From the NCBI GenBank assembly GCA_965215265.1, contig OZ244048.1, positions 2,688,001-2,752,000 of the forward strand: 64,000 bases of DNA, given 5' to 3'. The translations under genes were made by a program, and so were the position numbers. Numbering within the stretch: the stretch's first letter is position 1; the number at the start of each line of letters is the position of its first letter. The stretch comes from Candidatus Poribacteria bacterium. GTDB lineage: Bacteria > Poribacteria > WGA-4E > WGA-3G. Shown piece by piece: positions 20,407 to 30,447 of the stretch. The notes below the pieces were generated by a model, which was not told the DNA's origin, searched no databases, and saw only the letters and a list, made by a program, of their open reading frames with translations.

Positions 20407-20537
20407 AAAAATTTCCTTTCAAAACCCTTCCCAGATTTTCCAGAATGATTGTCATTCTCTCAAGAATCAAAACACACCCGTTAATAAGATGCTATAAGCG
20501 CTGCATACGTATTAACCTCATCGCCTTCAAAGTGCGT

Positions 20538-21371
20538 CTACACCGCAGCCAGCCTCGGAACGTTGTCCTGACAGTAAACAGGGCGGAAGAGCGTCTGCCG
20601 TTTGAACGGCATTTCCGATACGTGATCCGGATGCGGTTCCCAGTTGTGCCACTTGTTTCCAACGGTATTGTAGCAGTGAAAGATTGCAACACGGTCGACT
20701 TCATTATCTGTCCACCGGGCACCGGTGTGTGTAATCGCCTCTGTGAAAATCAGCACCGAACCCGGCGGGCACGTATAATCTTCCCACAGCGGGGATTCCC
20801 GAGATGCAGTGGATTTGGGTGCCGGGAACGCCCCTTTATGGCTCCCTGTGAGGAACATAGTGCCCCCACCGCCTTTCTTCACCGGATTGAGCTCCCAGAC
20901 AACACGCGTTAAACCGCTGTGTGCCTGGTCGTGATGCAGATGGTACGTATGCGAATTACCCGGAAAATTAAGCATACCCCGACCACCATGAGGACGGAAA
21001 TTATCGTGCCCGTTTTCGCGAATCGTTAGGAAGGTACCTTCCAGCCGGAAACCGTAGCAGTTTTCATTGGTGTATCCAGATGCCAAAAACTCATTCATAA
21101 AACCGAGAACCACTGGATGATCTGTGAGCGCTTCCAAGGGACCGCCGATGGAGGAACGGTGATATTCCGGAATCATCTCCGGTTCACGTTTGAGTTGATA
21201 ACAGAATTCGCGCATCTCTTCGGTCTCTGTTTCACTCAGAACTCCGGGGATCAGGAGCCATCCACGGGTATCAAACAGATAGCGCTGCTCCTCCGACAGC
21301 GGAATCAATGGTAGATTTTCAGCATTCGTCTTTGGATGTGGCATAAATCTCTCCATTATTCGATTTTTCAA
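20538..21371 (-). CDS. PhyH-family Fe(II)/2OG enzyme, HxG variant
   Basis: EQRYLFDTRGWL, PHGG, GSHK, FTEAITH. Confidence 0.85.
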   Translation of the reverse strand: MKNRIMERFMPHPKTNAENLPLIPLSEEQRYLFDTRGWLLIPGVLSETETEEMREFCYQLKREPEMIPEYHRSSIGGPLEALTDHPVVLGFMNEFLASGYTNENCYGFRLEGTFLTIRENGHDNFRPHGGRGMLNFPGNSHTYHLHHDQAHSGLTRVVWELNPVKKGGGGTMFLTGSHKGAFPAPKSTASRESPLWEDYTCPPGSVLIFTEAITHTGARWTDNEVDRVAIFHCYNTVGNKWHNWEPHPDHVSEMPFKRQTLFRPVYCQDNVPRLAAV

Positions 21372-21382
21372 TTAAAATACAC

Positions 21383-22546
21383 CTACCGGTTGCCGTATAA
21401 ACGTTCCATTTCTTGTGATAACCAGCTTCCGTAATCACGAGGCATCTCTTTAGTGGGACCCAATCCAGCTTCAGAGCGCCACCGGAGTAGAGGATGCTCC
21501 CGATTTTTCTGTGGCAATTCAACTCGGGTTCCATAAACTGCAGATTCAAATACCGCCATGAGAATCTCAATCACGTGCCGGCCTTCTTCGCCGCTGCACT
21601 CATGTGCACGGTTTTCATCCAAGGCATTGACATACTCGTCAACGATGCAGTAATCGTCAGCGTCGGCACCGCTGCTTTCGTCAAAATGTTCCGGATAGAT
21701 AGGCACGAGCTTCTCCCATCTATCATGTATGCCATCCGGCACAAAATGAGGCGTTGGCAACCACCATGCGCCTTTCAGCTCTGACCAGAATAGCCTGCCC
21801 TCAGTGCCGTACAGCTCCATCACGTACGCATCAGTATCTACCTTCGGAAAGCGATGCTGAATCAAACTACCGGTGACGTTGCCGTCAAACTGAAGAGTCG
21901 ATGTCGTATATTCACCTGCAACCGTGCCCATGCCAGCCGGCGATGGAAGTACATCTTCAGGGGTAATAGCACGACCGCCGGTTGTTCCCTGCGTCACAAC
22001 GCTACGACAATGTCCCCCAAAACGGAGCATATTGTTGATAACATGGGTACCGATGTTCATCAATCCGTAACCTGCATAGTACCCCTTGCCGCTGGCATAA
22101 ATGTATCGGAGTTCTCCGATTTTTCCTTCGCTTAAGACCTGTGCCACTGCCTGTATCGTCGGGCTTACTCGCCGTTGGTGATGCACAACGACGCGCGCGT
22201 TTTTCTCCTGCGCCTTCGCGATAACGGCATCCGCTTGAATCAGATCCGTACACAGCGGTTTTTCAATCTCGATGTTTACGCCGTGCTCTAACACGCGCAT
22301 AGCAAGTGGATAGTGTGTGTCCGTTGCTGTTGGAATAGCGACAATATCGGGTGAGGTCTGCCGAATCATCTCATCCAGATCTGTGAAATGTGCGGAGACG
22401 TTCACGCGCTCACCCAGTGCATCCAGTCGCTCTTTGACAAGGTCACATAGCGCGACGAGCTGTGTGCGAGGGTGCGCGTGATACGCCTTAGCAGCCGAGG
22501 TTCCACGGCTTCGGCAGCCCAATATGGCAACACGATAGGTTTTCAT
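21383..22546 (-). CDS. Gfo/Idh/MocA family oxidoreductase
   Basis: VAILGCRSRG, IEKP, NIGTH. Confidence 0.9.
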   Translation of the reverse strand: MKTYRVAILGCRSRGTSAAKAYHAHPRTQLVALCDLVKERLDALGERVNVSAHFTDLDEMIRQTSPDIVAIPTATDTHYPLAMRVLEHGVNIEIEKPLCTDLIQADAVIAKAQEKNARVVVHHQRRVSPTIQAVAQVLSEGKIGELRYIYASGKGYYAGYGLMNIGTHVINNMLRFGGHCRSVVTQGTTGGRAITPEDVLPSPAGMGTVAGEYTTSTLQFDGNVTGSLIQHRFPKVDTDAYVMELYGTEGRLFWSELKGAWWLPTPHFVPDGIHDRWEKLVPIYPEHFDESSGADADDYCIVDEYVNALDENRAHECSGEEGRHVIEILMAVFESAVYGTRVELPQKNREHPLLRWRSEAGLGPTKEMPRDYGSWLSQEMERLYGNR

Positions 22547-22668
22547 AGAGTTATCCAAATTTTAAGTGTTGTTTGATGTTATCTTATCATATTTCGGATA
22601 GAGAATCAACTTTTTTGTGAAATTATTCAATAGAACGAACGCCACCTAAAAAAAATCCGTGTTTTTTC

Positions 22669-22697
22669 TTGACAGAATTTGACAAAAACGTTATAAT
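22669..22697 (+). promoter_or_regulatory. Consensus sigma70 promoter of def
   Basis: TTGACA-17nt-TATAAT. Confidence 0.85.
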
Positions 22698-22733
22698 ACC
22701 TAAAATTGTTAAAGATGGAGCACTGCTTGAAGC

Positions 22734-23336
22734 ATGCCAAAACGGAAAAGAAAAAGTAAAAATACACAACCTGTCGATGCAGCCTTAGCAGATGAACCGT
22801 GTCTACCTGAAACAGTTCCGCTGCAAATGCGTTACTACGGAGACGTAGTTCTCCGCCAGCGTGCCGCCACGGTCGAGCAGATATCAGAAGCAGAACTTCA
22901 ACTGGCGGATGAGATGTTTCAGACGCTATATGCCATTGGGAATGGCATCGGACTCGCTGCCACACAGGTCGGCATTTTGAAACGTTTGATTGTTATAGTT
23001 CTCGGTGAACAGGACGAGGAGAGTCACGAACCGGTCGCACTGTTTAACCCGGAAATTCTCAGCGTGACTGGCGAAGCAGTTGCAGAAGAAGGCTGCTTGA
23101 GCATCCCAGGTGTTACCGCCGATGTAAAACGCCCAGAGCAAATTGTCGTTGAAGCAGTCAATTTAAAGAATAAACAGGTGCGAATTGAAGCAGACGGCCT
23201 GCTCGCACGCGTCCTGCAACACGAAATAGACCATTTGAACGGCGTGCTGTTTATTGACCGGATAAGCGGAGTCAAACGGCAGATGCTCAATCCTGCATTG
23301 CAGCTACTACAACAGGCTGACCGGCCATCGGCTTAA
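22734..23336 (+). CDS. def: Peptide deformylase
   Basis: GIGLAATQVG, EGCLS, QHEIDHLNG. Confidence 0.97.
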   Translation: MPKRKRKSKNTQPVDAALADEPCLPETVPLQMRYYGDVVLRQRAATVEQISEAELQLADEMFQTLYAIGNGIGLAATQVGILKRLIVIVLGEQDEESHEPVALFNPEILSVTGEAVAEEGCLSIPGVTADVKRPEQIVVEAVNLKNKQVRIEADGLLARVLQHEIDHLNGVLFIDRISGVKRQMLNPALQLLQQADRPSA

Positions 23337-23368
23337 GCACCCGCCGACGTTAATAAAAAATACGAGGC

Positions 23369-24235
23369 TTGAACCAGATGCAAAAAACCGAGTTCGTTCC
23401 GATAGAAGCAAAATCCCTAAACGCCAAACTGAACGCTTTAGATGCCTGTTTGCGTCAGTACCAACGGGTTATCGTGGCGTTCTCTGGCGGTGTCGATAGC
23501 ACGTTTCTCGCTGCGGCAGCACAACGCGCTTTAGGCGAAAATGCACTCGCTGTCACAGCGATTTCCGATTCGTATCCGATCCGGGAAATGCGTGCAGCAC
23601 AAGATATTGCCACACAACTCGCCATACGGTTTGAGACAGTACACACCCAAGAATTAGAATTGGAGGGATACGCCAGCAATCCTACAAACCGATGTTATTT
23701 CTGCAAAACTGAACTGTTTGATAAACTCCGGCCCATCGCGGAAAAATACGATGTCGGCACCATCATTTACGGCGCAATTCCAGATGACATCGGAGACCAT
23801 CGCCCCGGCATGGATGCAGCGAAACGGATGGGCATACATGCCCCATTGATTGATGTCAACCTCACGAAAGCAGAAATTCGTGAAATTTCAAAAATCTGGG
23901 AACTCCCGACATGGGACAAACCCGCTTTCGCTTGCTTGTCTTCTCGTTTTCCATACGGAATGCGAATTACACGCGAATTGCTCCGGCAGGTCGATGCAGC
24001 AGAGCAGTTGCTCTACGAGCTCGGCATACGCCAATTCCGCGTGCGCCACCATGGCGAACTCGCACGAATTGAACTTGAAGCCGAGGAGATTCCGCATCTG
24101 CTTTCTAAAGACGTACGCCGCAAAATTACCACTGACTTTAATAAACTAGGGTATGCCTATGTCACACTTGACTTACAAGGATACCGGTCCGGCAGCCTGA
24201 ACGAAGGAGTTACCAAAATTATCACTGGAAAATAG
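23369..24235 (+). CDS. larE: ATP-dependent sacrificial sulfur transferase, LarE family
   Basis: AFSGGVDS PP-loop, RCYFCK, RPG, CLSSRFPYG, GYRSGSLN. Confidence 0.9.
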   Translation: MNQMQKTEFVPIEAKSLNAKLNALDACLRQYQRVIVAFSGGVDSTFLAAAAQRALGENALAVTAISDSYPIREMRAAQDIATQLAIRFETVHTQELELEGYASNPTNRCYFCKTELFDKLRPIAEKYDVGTIIYGAIPDDIGDHRPGMDAAKRMGIHAPLIDVNLTKAEIREISKIWELPTWDKPAFACLSSRFPYGMRITRELLRQVDAAEQLLYELGIRQFRVRHHGELARIELEAEEIPHLLSKDVRRKITTDFNKLGYAYVTLDLQGYRSGSLNEGVTKIITGK

Positions 24236-24373
24236 AAAGATGTAGGATAGAAAAGGTGTCATAGCCGCACGCGCCGCCTATCCTGGTCACATCATGTCTT
24301 TTGTCGAAACCGTTAAGCTTCTTGTACTCATGATCCAAAACGGCGATAACGGTACCGCCGAATCTCCAACCCA

Positions 24374-24607
24374 GTGCCTTTTTACGGATTATCTACCAGT
24401 GCCGAACTATTACCTAAAAAAGAACCCTTATCAGAATACGAAAAACTTGCCTTCGCTGAGAAAATTAAAACAAAAAAAAAGAATATACAAACAAAAATTT
24501 TGCTGTTCATCGGAAAAAATAGTTTTATCGGCTGGACGATTGTATTGACTTTGCTCACAGTCCTCTTTTTTGTTCTTGCACTGGCAATGCGATTTCGTGC
24601 CCACTAA
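24374..24607 (+). CDS. Small hypothetical membrane protein
   Basis: 77-aa ORF with a C-terminal TM segment, in an operon-like position. Confidence 0.4.
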   Translation: MPFYGLSTSAELLPKKEPLSEYEKLAFAEKIKTKKKNIQTKILLFIGKNSFIGWTIVLTLLTVLFFVLALAMRFRAH

Positions 24608-24628
24608 CGATATTCAATCAAAGTAGAT

Positions 24629-25954
24629 ATGGCTAATCAACTTACCGGGATCGAGACTTTCAACTGGAAAAAATGGGATGCCTGCACACACTGTGGGCTC
24701 TGCTTGCCCACCTGCCCTACCTATAGAGAATTGGGGTTGGAAACCGATTCGCCGCGCGGCAGGTTATATCTTATGGGCAGCGCGTTTAAAAAGCAAGGCG
24801 CGACACCCCTTAATGAGGAGTGGGGTGAGTACATATACAGATGCTTGGACTGTCGGGCGTGCGAAACAGCATGCCCCTCCGGCGTTCACTTCGGTGAGCT
24901 CCTTGAGGAGGCGCGCAGCATCTATGAAATGAACACACACCGGTCAACCGCTTACCGCTTCTGGACCAACCTCGTCTTTAAGCACATTCTGCCACACAAA
25001 GACCGGTTGGACCTGCTCTTTGAGTTCATGTGGCTCTACCAGCGACTTGGGATTCGTTGGCTCGTTCAAAAAACTGGGATTTTGAAACTGCTCGGGCGGC
25101 TCGCTGCCATGGAATCCATTCTGCCGAAAATCTCTTCACCTCTCCTAAAGTATACGATACGTGAAATCACACCAGCAGATGGCGAAATGCGGTATCGCGT
25201 CGGGTTCATTCCCGGATGCATCATGAACCAAACGTTCACTGAGACAAACCTCGCAACTATGCGCGTCTTAGCACGGAACGGGTGCGAAGTTATAACACCG
25301 CGCACGCAGACATGTTGTGGAGCATTGCACCTTCATAACGGTATTCGAGATGTTGCAACAAGCCTCGCAAAACAGAACATTGACGCATTTGACACCCACA
25401 ATTTAGATGCAATCATTATCAATGCGGCGGGCTGTGGCACGACGCTGAAAGAGTACGCCGTCCTCTTGGAACACGACCCCGATTATGCTGAAAAGGCGCG
25501 ACTATTCAGTAACAAAATGCGCGACATCAGCGAATTCTTAGCCGAGATTGAGATGGTAAAACCCCCAGACGGCGCTTTCAACGGCGGGCTACGCGTCACC
25601 TATGATGAACCATGCCACCTGCTACACGGGCAAGGTGTCGCATTGCAACCACGTAAAGTACTCCAAGCCATACCAGGGCTTGAGCTCGTCCCTTTAACAG
25701 AATCAGATTGGTGCTGTGGCAGTGCAGGTATCTACAATATCACGCAGCCGGAACTCTCACAAGAAATTCTGGTTCGGAAAATGCAGCATATCGCCGAAAC
25801 CGAGGCGGATATTGTCGCAACAGGGAACCCAGGATGCCTATTGCAAATTCAACACGGCATCCGAAACCATGGATTACAGATGAAGGCTATGCACCCTATC
25901 GACTTGCTGGATTGTGCATATCGCGGGATTCACCCTGCAGAAAACAGAGACTAA
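24629..25954 (+). CDS. glcF: Glycolate oxidase Fe-S subunit-like (2x 4Fe-4S + 2x CCG)
   Basis: CTHCGLCLPTCP, CLDCRACETACP, CCG motifs, NPGCLLQI. Confidence 0.85.
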   Translation: MANQLTGIETFNWKKWDACTHCGLCLPTCPTYRELGLETDSPRGRLYLMGSAFKKQGATPLNEEWGEYIYRCLDCRACETACPSGVHFGELLEEARSIYEMNTHRSTAYRFWTNLVFKHILPHKDRLDLLFEFMWLYQRLGIRWLVQKTGILKLLGRLAAMESILPKISSPLLKYTIREITPADGEMRYRVGFIPGCIMNQTFTETNLATMRVLARNGCEVITPRTQTCCGALHLHNGIRDVATSLAKQNIDAFDTHNLDAIIINAAGCGTTLKEYAVLLEHDPDYAEKARLFSNKMRDISEFLAEIEMVKPPDGAFNGGLRVTYDEPCHLLHGQGVALQPRKVLQAIPGLELVPLTESDWCCGSAGIYNITQPELSQEILVRKMQHIAETEADIVATGNPGCLLQIQHGIRNHGLQMKAMHPIDLLDCAYRGIHPAENRD

Positions 25955-25965
25955 AAAACATGAAC

Positions 25966-25994
25966 ATGACATTTCTAAATTTCTATGGTAAAAT
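25966..25994 (+). promoter_or_regulatory. Promoter of dcd, probably leaderless
   Basis: ATGACA-17nt-TAAAAT with extended TG; ATG lies 6 nt after the -10 box and there is no SD. Confidence 0.55.
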
Positions 25995-26000
25995 AAGCTA

Positions 26001-26579
26001 ATGGTTTTATCAGATAGAGATATACTCCAGCACATAGAGTCGGGAAAAATTAAAATTACGCCAGCACCGCATCTCCAAACCCAGTTAGGCAGTTGCTCTA
26101 TTGACTTTAGGTTGGGCAACACCTTTCGTGTATTTGAACATAGCAAGTATCCCTATATAGATCTGCGCACCCACATCGATGTCGACGACTTGATGCGATG
26201 TGTCGAGGTCGCCAACGGCGACGCATTCACCATGCAGCCCGGTGAATTTGTCCTCGCATCCACACAAGAGAAACTCGAACTTGCATCCGATGTGATGGCA
26301 CGGCTGGAGGGGCGCAGCAGCTTAGGCAGATTAGGCATCATTGTTCACAGTACAGCCGGACTCTTTGATCCCGGCTGGATCGGCACCGCAACTTTGGAAC
26401 TCGGAAACTTGGGTAGGATGCCTGTCAAGTTGTACCCCGGCATGCGGATTTGCGCGTTCACTTTCGAGCAGCTCTCCTCGCCAGCCAACGTGCCGTACCG
26501 TTTCAAACCCGCAAATAAATATGCCGGGCAGAACGGACCCGAAATCAGCCGGGTCGCCAAGGATTTTGAATTTTCATAG
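26001..26579 (+). CDS. dcd: dCTP deaminase
   Basis: LSDRDI, SIDFRL, EGRSSLGRLG..VHSTAG..DPGW.G..TLE. Confidence 0.96.
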   Translation: MVLSDRDILQHIESGKIKITPAPHLQTQLGSCSIDFRLGNTFRVFEHSKYPYIDLRTHIDVDDLMRCVEVANGDAFTMQPGEFVLASTQEKLELASDVMARLEGRSSLGRLGIIVHSTAGLFDPGWIGTATLELGNLGRMPVKLYPGMRICAFTFEQLSSPANVPYRFKPANKYAGQNGPEISRVAKDFEFS

Positions 26580-26622
26580 CGTCGCGAACTACGCGCGCAG
26601 AACGCCCTTCTTTACGCATGTA

Positions 26623-26662
26623 TGCTGAAAGATTGGGCAATTTTATGCTTAATAATTTGGCA
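26623..26662. promoter_or_regulatory. Two NtrC-like enhancer boxes
   Basis: TGC-N11-GCA at 26623-26639 and 26646-26662, about 75-110 bp upstream of the sigma54 site. Confidence 0.6.
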
Positions 26663-26733
26663 ATCCCCAGTTTTCGAGAAACCCCGAATTGACACGCTAT
26701 CAAGTAACCGTGTCAATTCCCCTCAAAACTGAA

Positions 26734-26751
26734 TTGGCATATATTTTGCAT
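26734..26751 (+). promoter_or_regulatory. Sigma54 (-24/-12) promoter of glnA
   Basis: TTGGCATATATTTTGCAT, GG-N10-GC. Confidence 0.85.
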
Positions 26752-26925
26752 AACAATACGTATAAAGGTTCGTCAAAGTTCATGAGTTGCACATTCAGCG
26801 ACGAACCCATGACGTGTTGTCAATTAAGACGCGGTCTATACGTATCTATAAGACGTATAGGAAATCGAAACACAGAAAAAGTGTTCCTAACAAAAACCGC
26901 CGATAGAATATAATTAGGAGGCTTA

Positions 26926-28347
26926 GTGCGAATGACACCCAGTGACGTAGTTGCACTTGCAAAAGAAAACGATATAAAGATAGTCGACTTGAAATTCATG
27001 GACTTACCGGGAATGTGGCAGCACTTCTCAATTATGGTCGATGAGCTCGACGAGTCTCTCTTTGAAGACGGTATCGGGTTTGACGGCTCAAGTATCCGCG
27101 GCTTCCAGGCTATTAACGAGAGCGACATGCTCCTCTTTCCGGACCCTGCCACAGCACTCGTCGATCCCGTCTGTCAGGTCCCAACTCTGAGCATCACGTG
27201 TAACATTAAAGATCCGATTACTTTGGAGAATTACACACGTGATGTCCGACACATTGCTCAGAAGGCTGAAGCCTACCTCCAATCAACCGGCATCGCTGAT
27301 GTCAGTTACTGGGGGCCCGAAGCAGAATTCTACCTTTTGAACGATATACGTTACGGCCAGAACCAACATTCCGGATTCTACTTTGTGGATTCTGTTGAAG
27401 GCAGTTGGAATTCCGGACGCGCCGAGAACCCTAACCTTGGTTACAAGCCACGCTATAAGGAGGGCTACTTCCCTGTACCTCCATCCGATACACTTCAAGA
27501 CATCAGGTCTGAGATCTGCTTGAAACTCATCGAATCCGGTGTCCCTGTAGAAGTACATCACCATGAAGTCGGCACCGCAGGACAGGGAGAGATTGATATC
27601 CGGTTTGACACTCTCACCAGCGTCGGTGATAAAATTGCGTTGTATAAGTACATCATCAAAAATGTCGCACGTGCACACAATCTGGTCGCAACCTTCATGC
27701 CAAAGCCTCTCTTCCAAGACAACGGCTCCGGAATGCACGTTCACCAGAGCCTCTGGAAGAACGGGAAGAACGTCTTCTACGATGCCCAAGGTTATTCGCT
27801 CTTGAGCGATGATGCGCTCTATTACATCGGCGGCTTGCTGAAGCATGCACGTTCACTCTGTGCAATTATCGCCCCCACCACCAACTCCTACAAACGTCTG
27901 GTGCCGGGGTACGAAGCACCGGTCAACATCGCCTACTCTCAACGTAACCGCAGTGCATGCGTCCGAATACCTGTCTACTCAAAGAGTGAAAATGCAAAAC
28001 GCGTCGAATTCCGGACGCCTGACCCCTCTTGTAACCCTTATCTCGCTTTCAGCGCGCTCCTCATGGCAGGGCTTGACGGTATTCAGAACCGCATCCACCC
28101 AGGAGACCCCCTGGACAAAGACCTTTACGATCTCGAACCAGAAGAACTCGCAGATATTGAGTCCACACCTGTCTCGCTTGGCGACTCCCTTGACGCATTG
28201 GAGGACGACCACGAATATCTCTTGAAGGGCGATGTGTTTACACAAGACGTACTGGATGTCTGGATCGATTACAAACGGGAAAATGAGGTCGACGCAATTA
28301 ATATGCGGCCGCACCCTTACGAGTTCTTCCTCTATCATGATATCTAA
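26926..28347 (+). CDS. glnA: Glutamine synthetase type I
   Basis: [37 protein letters not shown]; adenylylation-site motif DLYDL; start is 26926 or 26932. Confidence 0.98.
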   Translation: MRMTPSDVVALAKENDIKIVDLKFMDLPGMWQHFSIMVDELDESLFEDGIGFDGSSIRGFQAINESDMLLFPDPATALVDPVCQVPTLSITCNIKDPITLENYTRDVRHIAQKAEAYLQSTGIADVSYWGPEAEFYLLNDIRYGQNQHSGFYFVDSVEGSWNSGRAENPNLGYKPRYKEGYFPVPPSDTLQDIRSEICLKLIESGVPVEVHHHEVGTAGQGEIDIRFDTLTSVGDKIALYKYIIKNVARAHNLVATFMPKPLFQDNGSGMHVHQSLWKNGKNVFYDAQGYSLLSDDALYYIGGLLKHARSLCAIIAPTTNSYKRLVPGYEAPVNIAYSQRNRSACVRIPVYSKSENAKRVEFRTPDPSCNPYLAFSALLMAGLDGIQNRIHPGDPLDKDLYDLEPEELADIESTPVSLGDSLDALEDDHEYLLKGDVFTQDVLDVWIDYKRENEVDAINMRPHPYEFFLYHDI

Positions 28348-28360
28348 GTTGTGCCAACCC

Positions 28361-28384
28361 GGGCGAATTCGCGGCAATTCGCCC
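28361..28384. terminator. Intercistronic hairpin between glnA and glnB
   Basis: GGGCGAATT-cgcggc-AATTCGCCC. Confidence 0.5.
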
Positions 28385-28416
28385 AGCACACCGCGAAAAA
28401 TCGCGACTATCAATAA

Positions 28417-28767
<351 letters not shown>

Positions 28768-28818
28768 AACGGGCCGGTTTACCTTCACGCTCTTTTTTAG
28801 TTTCCATGCTTGCAGCAC

Positions 28819-28848
28819 CTCCATGTCCCCACGTGGGGGCATGGAGTT
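28819..28848. terminator. Hairpin downstream of glnB
   Basis: CTCCATGTCCCC-acgt-GGGGGCATGGAG. Confidence 0.5.
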
Positions 28849-29009
28849 CAACACCTCCGTCTCACTTCTCATTCAACAGCCATAACTCTCGTATCATACT
28901 GTCTGTAATCAATCAGAATCTTGTAGGTTTGAGATACTTGCCTTGTCTTTTTCTAATCGCGCCCGCCCACCCGAATCCTCTCTCCTTTCAGGAGAGATAT
29001 GATTACGGA

Positions 29010-29072
29010 GTTGAGGTTAAAAGGTAGAGACATCGTATCCTAAAGGGTACGAGACTCTACCTATCCCTCAAC
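29010..29072. repeat. REP-like (GTAG-type) imperfect palindrome
   Basis: gttgagg..GTAGAGAC-atcgtatcc-taaa-gggtacga-GACTCTAC..cctcaac. Confidence 0.5.
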
Positions 29073-29338
29073 CTTTTCCCTGCCACCACAGGCGAGACAA
29101 ATAGCAAACTCACACAACCATACGCACAACTCAAATCACAAGACGATTCTCAGGAGCCTTACCTAACTGAACTTCACAACACGCCAAGCTGCCTATATTT
29201 TTTAGCCAGACGCAGTGCAGAAGGTAGATTGCATGTGTCACAAAAAAACACGTGCAAATTATCTCCACTTATGTTACAATATACGTACACCCTCCAGACA
29301 AAATAGGCGACATATACGCTTGCGCTACGACAGAAAAA

Positions 29339-29659
29339 ATGGAATACGCAGAAGAATACCGGACGATGTGCCGACACCCCGAAATCCAGGCACTCCGACC
29401 TAAAAAAAACGAAGCCTTATGGGTGCCAACGCAAGAACAACTCCAGACACTCTTGCAGCAGAAACTCCCGTACCCAGACTCCGCCATTTTTCGCAAAACC
29501 GCAGACGGCTGGGAATACCAGACACGCCTTCGCGAATGGGCAGACGATTACGGCACCTATATTGACACGCAACGCTCCTTTAGCGCTGAATCACCTCAAC
29601 TCGTCCTCTTACAAGCTTTAAGCGCAGCACTCGGCATAACAGAAATATGGATGGTATGA
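29339..29659 (+). CDS. Hypothetical protein
   Basis: MEYAEEYRTMC...WVPTQEQLQ; codon style matches the neighbouring genes; start uncertain. Confidence 0.6.
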   Translation: MEYAEEYRTMCRHPEIQALRPKKNEALWVPTQEQLQTLLQQKLPYPDSAIFRKTADGWEYQTRLREWADDYGTYIDTQRSFSAESPQLVLLQALSAALGITEIWMV

Positions 29660-29675
29660 AAGGAAATACAAACGC

Positions 29676-30392
29676 ATGAACTTTGGAACACTACTCTCTA
29701 CAATTCGAGATTACCAACACGCAGGTACAACGAATCTGGAAATGCTAACACGCCTTCTTAATAGCACGTTCGGGGACTGGCTTGCATCACACGGCATCAG
29801 TTACCTTGCGATGCTAAACGACGACAAATTCTGTCTTAACGTGACAGGTGAACTAAAAAACGAGACGCACCCGCAAATAAACGGAATAGCGTTCTACAAC
29901 CGCTTTTTTACCGTTTACATCAACGAAGCCGCCCAAAATCCGACTGCAATCTCCAACGCACTCTACCTCTACAATTCCGATGGCGACGGCGCTTACGTAT
30001 GGTTCATACCCGACGGATACATGGCAGCACTCACGCCAACTGAACAAGAGTGGGAACAGCACGGCGGGGGCTATTTTTCACACGAATCCATCTGTATCTC
30101 TAACACAGCGGATAGGAATACCCGCTGTCGTCTTGACGTGCTTTATGAAGATATCCACACGGAAAATGTCTCTTCTGAATTCGACGTGCACGCCCACCGC
30201 TCTGTGCATTACCGACTCGATAAACTGAAAAACGCTGCCGGCGAACCGCTCATCGCGAAAGACGCGCCCGTCAGCTACAAAATCACCAGCCGGGATACCC
30301 GCATCGTCGTCCAAGGCTCGCGAATCTTGACCAGTGGGGAGAACAGCAGCTTTGCTAGCTTCGGCACCGTCATGGCGTGGACACCACAATAA
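29676..30392 (+). CDS. Sensory rhodopsin transducer (ASRT)-domain protein with ~105-aa N-terminal extension
   Basis: WFIPDGY...SHESICISNT...LDVLYED...V.AHRSVHYRLD...IVVQGSRI matches the ASRT pattern. Confidence 0.8.
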   Translation: MNFGTLLSTIRDYQHAGTTNLEMLTRLLNSTFGDWLASHGISYLAMLNDDKFCLNVTGELKNETHPQINGIAFYNRFFTVYINEAAQNPTAISNALYLYNSDGDGAYVWFIPDGYMAALTPTEQEWEQHGGGYFSHESICISNTADRNTRCRLDVLYEDIHTENVSSEFDVHAHRSVHYRLDKLKNAAGEPLIAKDAPVSYKITSRDTRIVVQGSRILTSGENSSFASFGTVMAWTPQ

Positions 30393-30447
30393 CCGATGGA
30401 GACGATGGAGAATTGGTGCACTTTATCACCTCAACTCACACAACAAA

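Noticed and set aside
23369-24235. Complete nickel-pincer (lar) operon
   Set aside because: No larA, larB or larC in the window; stand-alone larE genes are common
26760-26925. Canonical glnA glutamine riboswitch
   Set aside because: The conserved core of the known motif was not found; kept only as an unassigned structured leader
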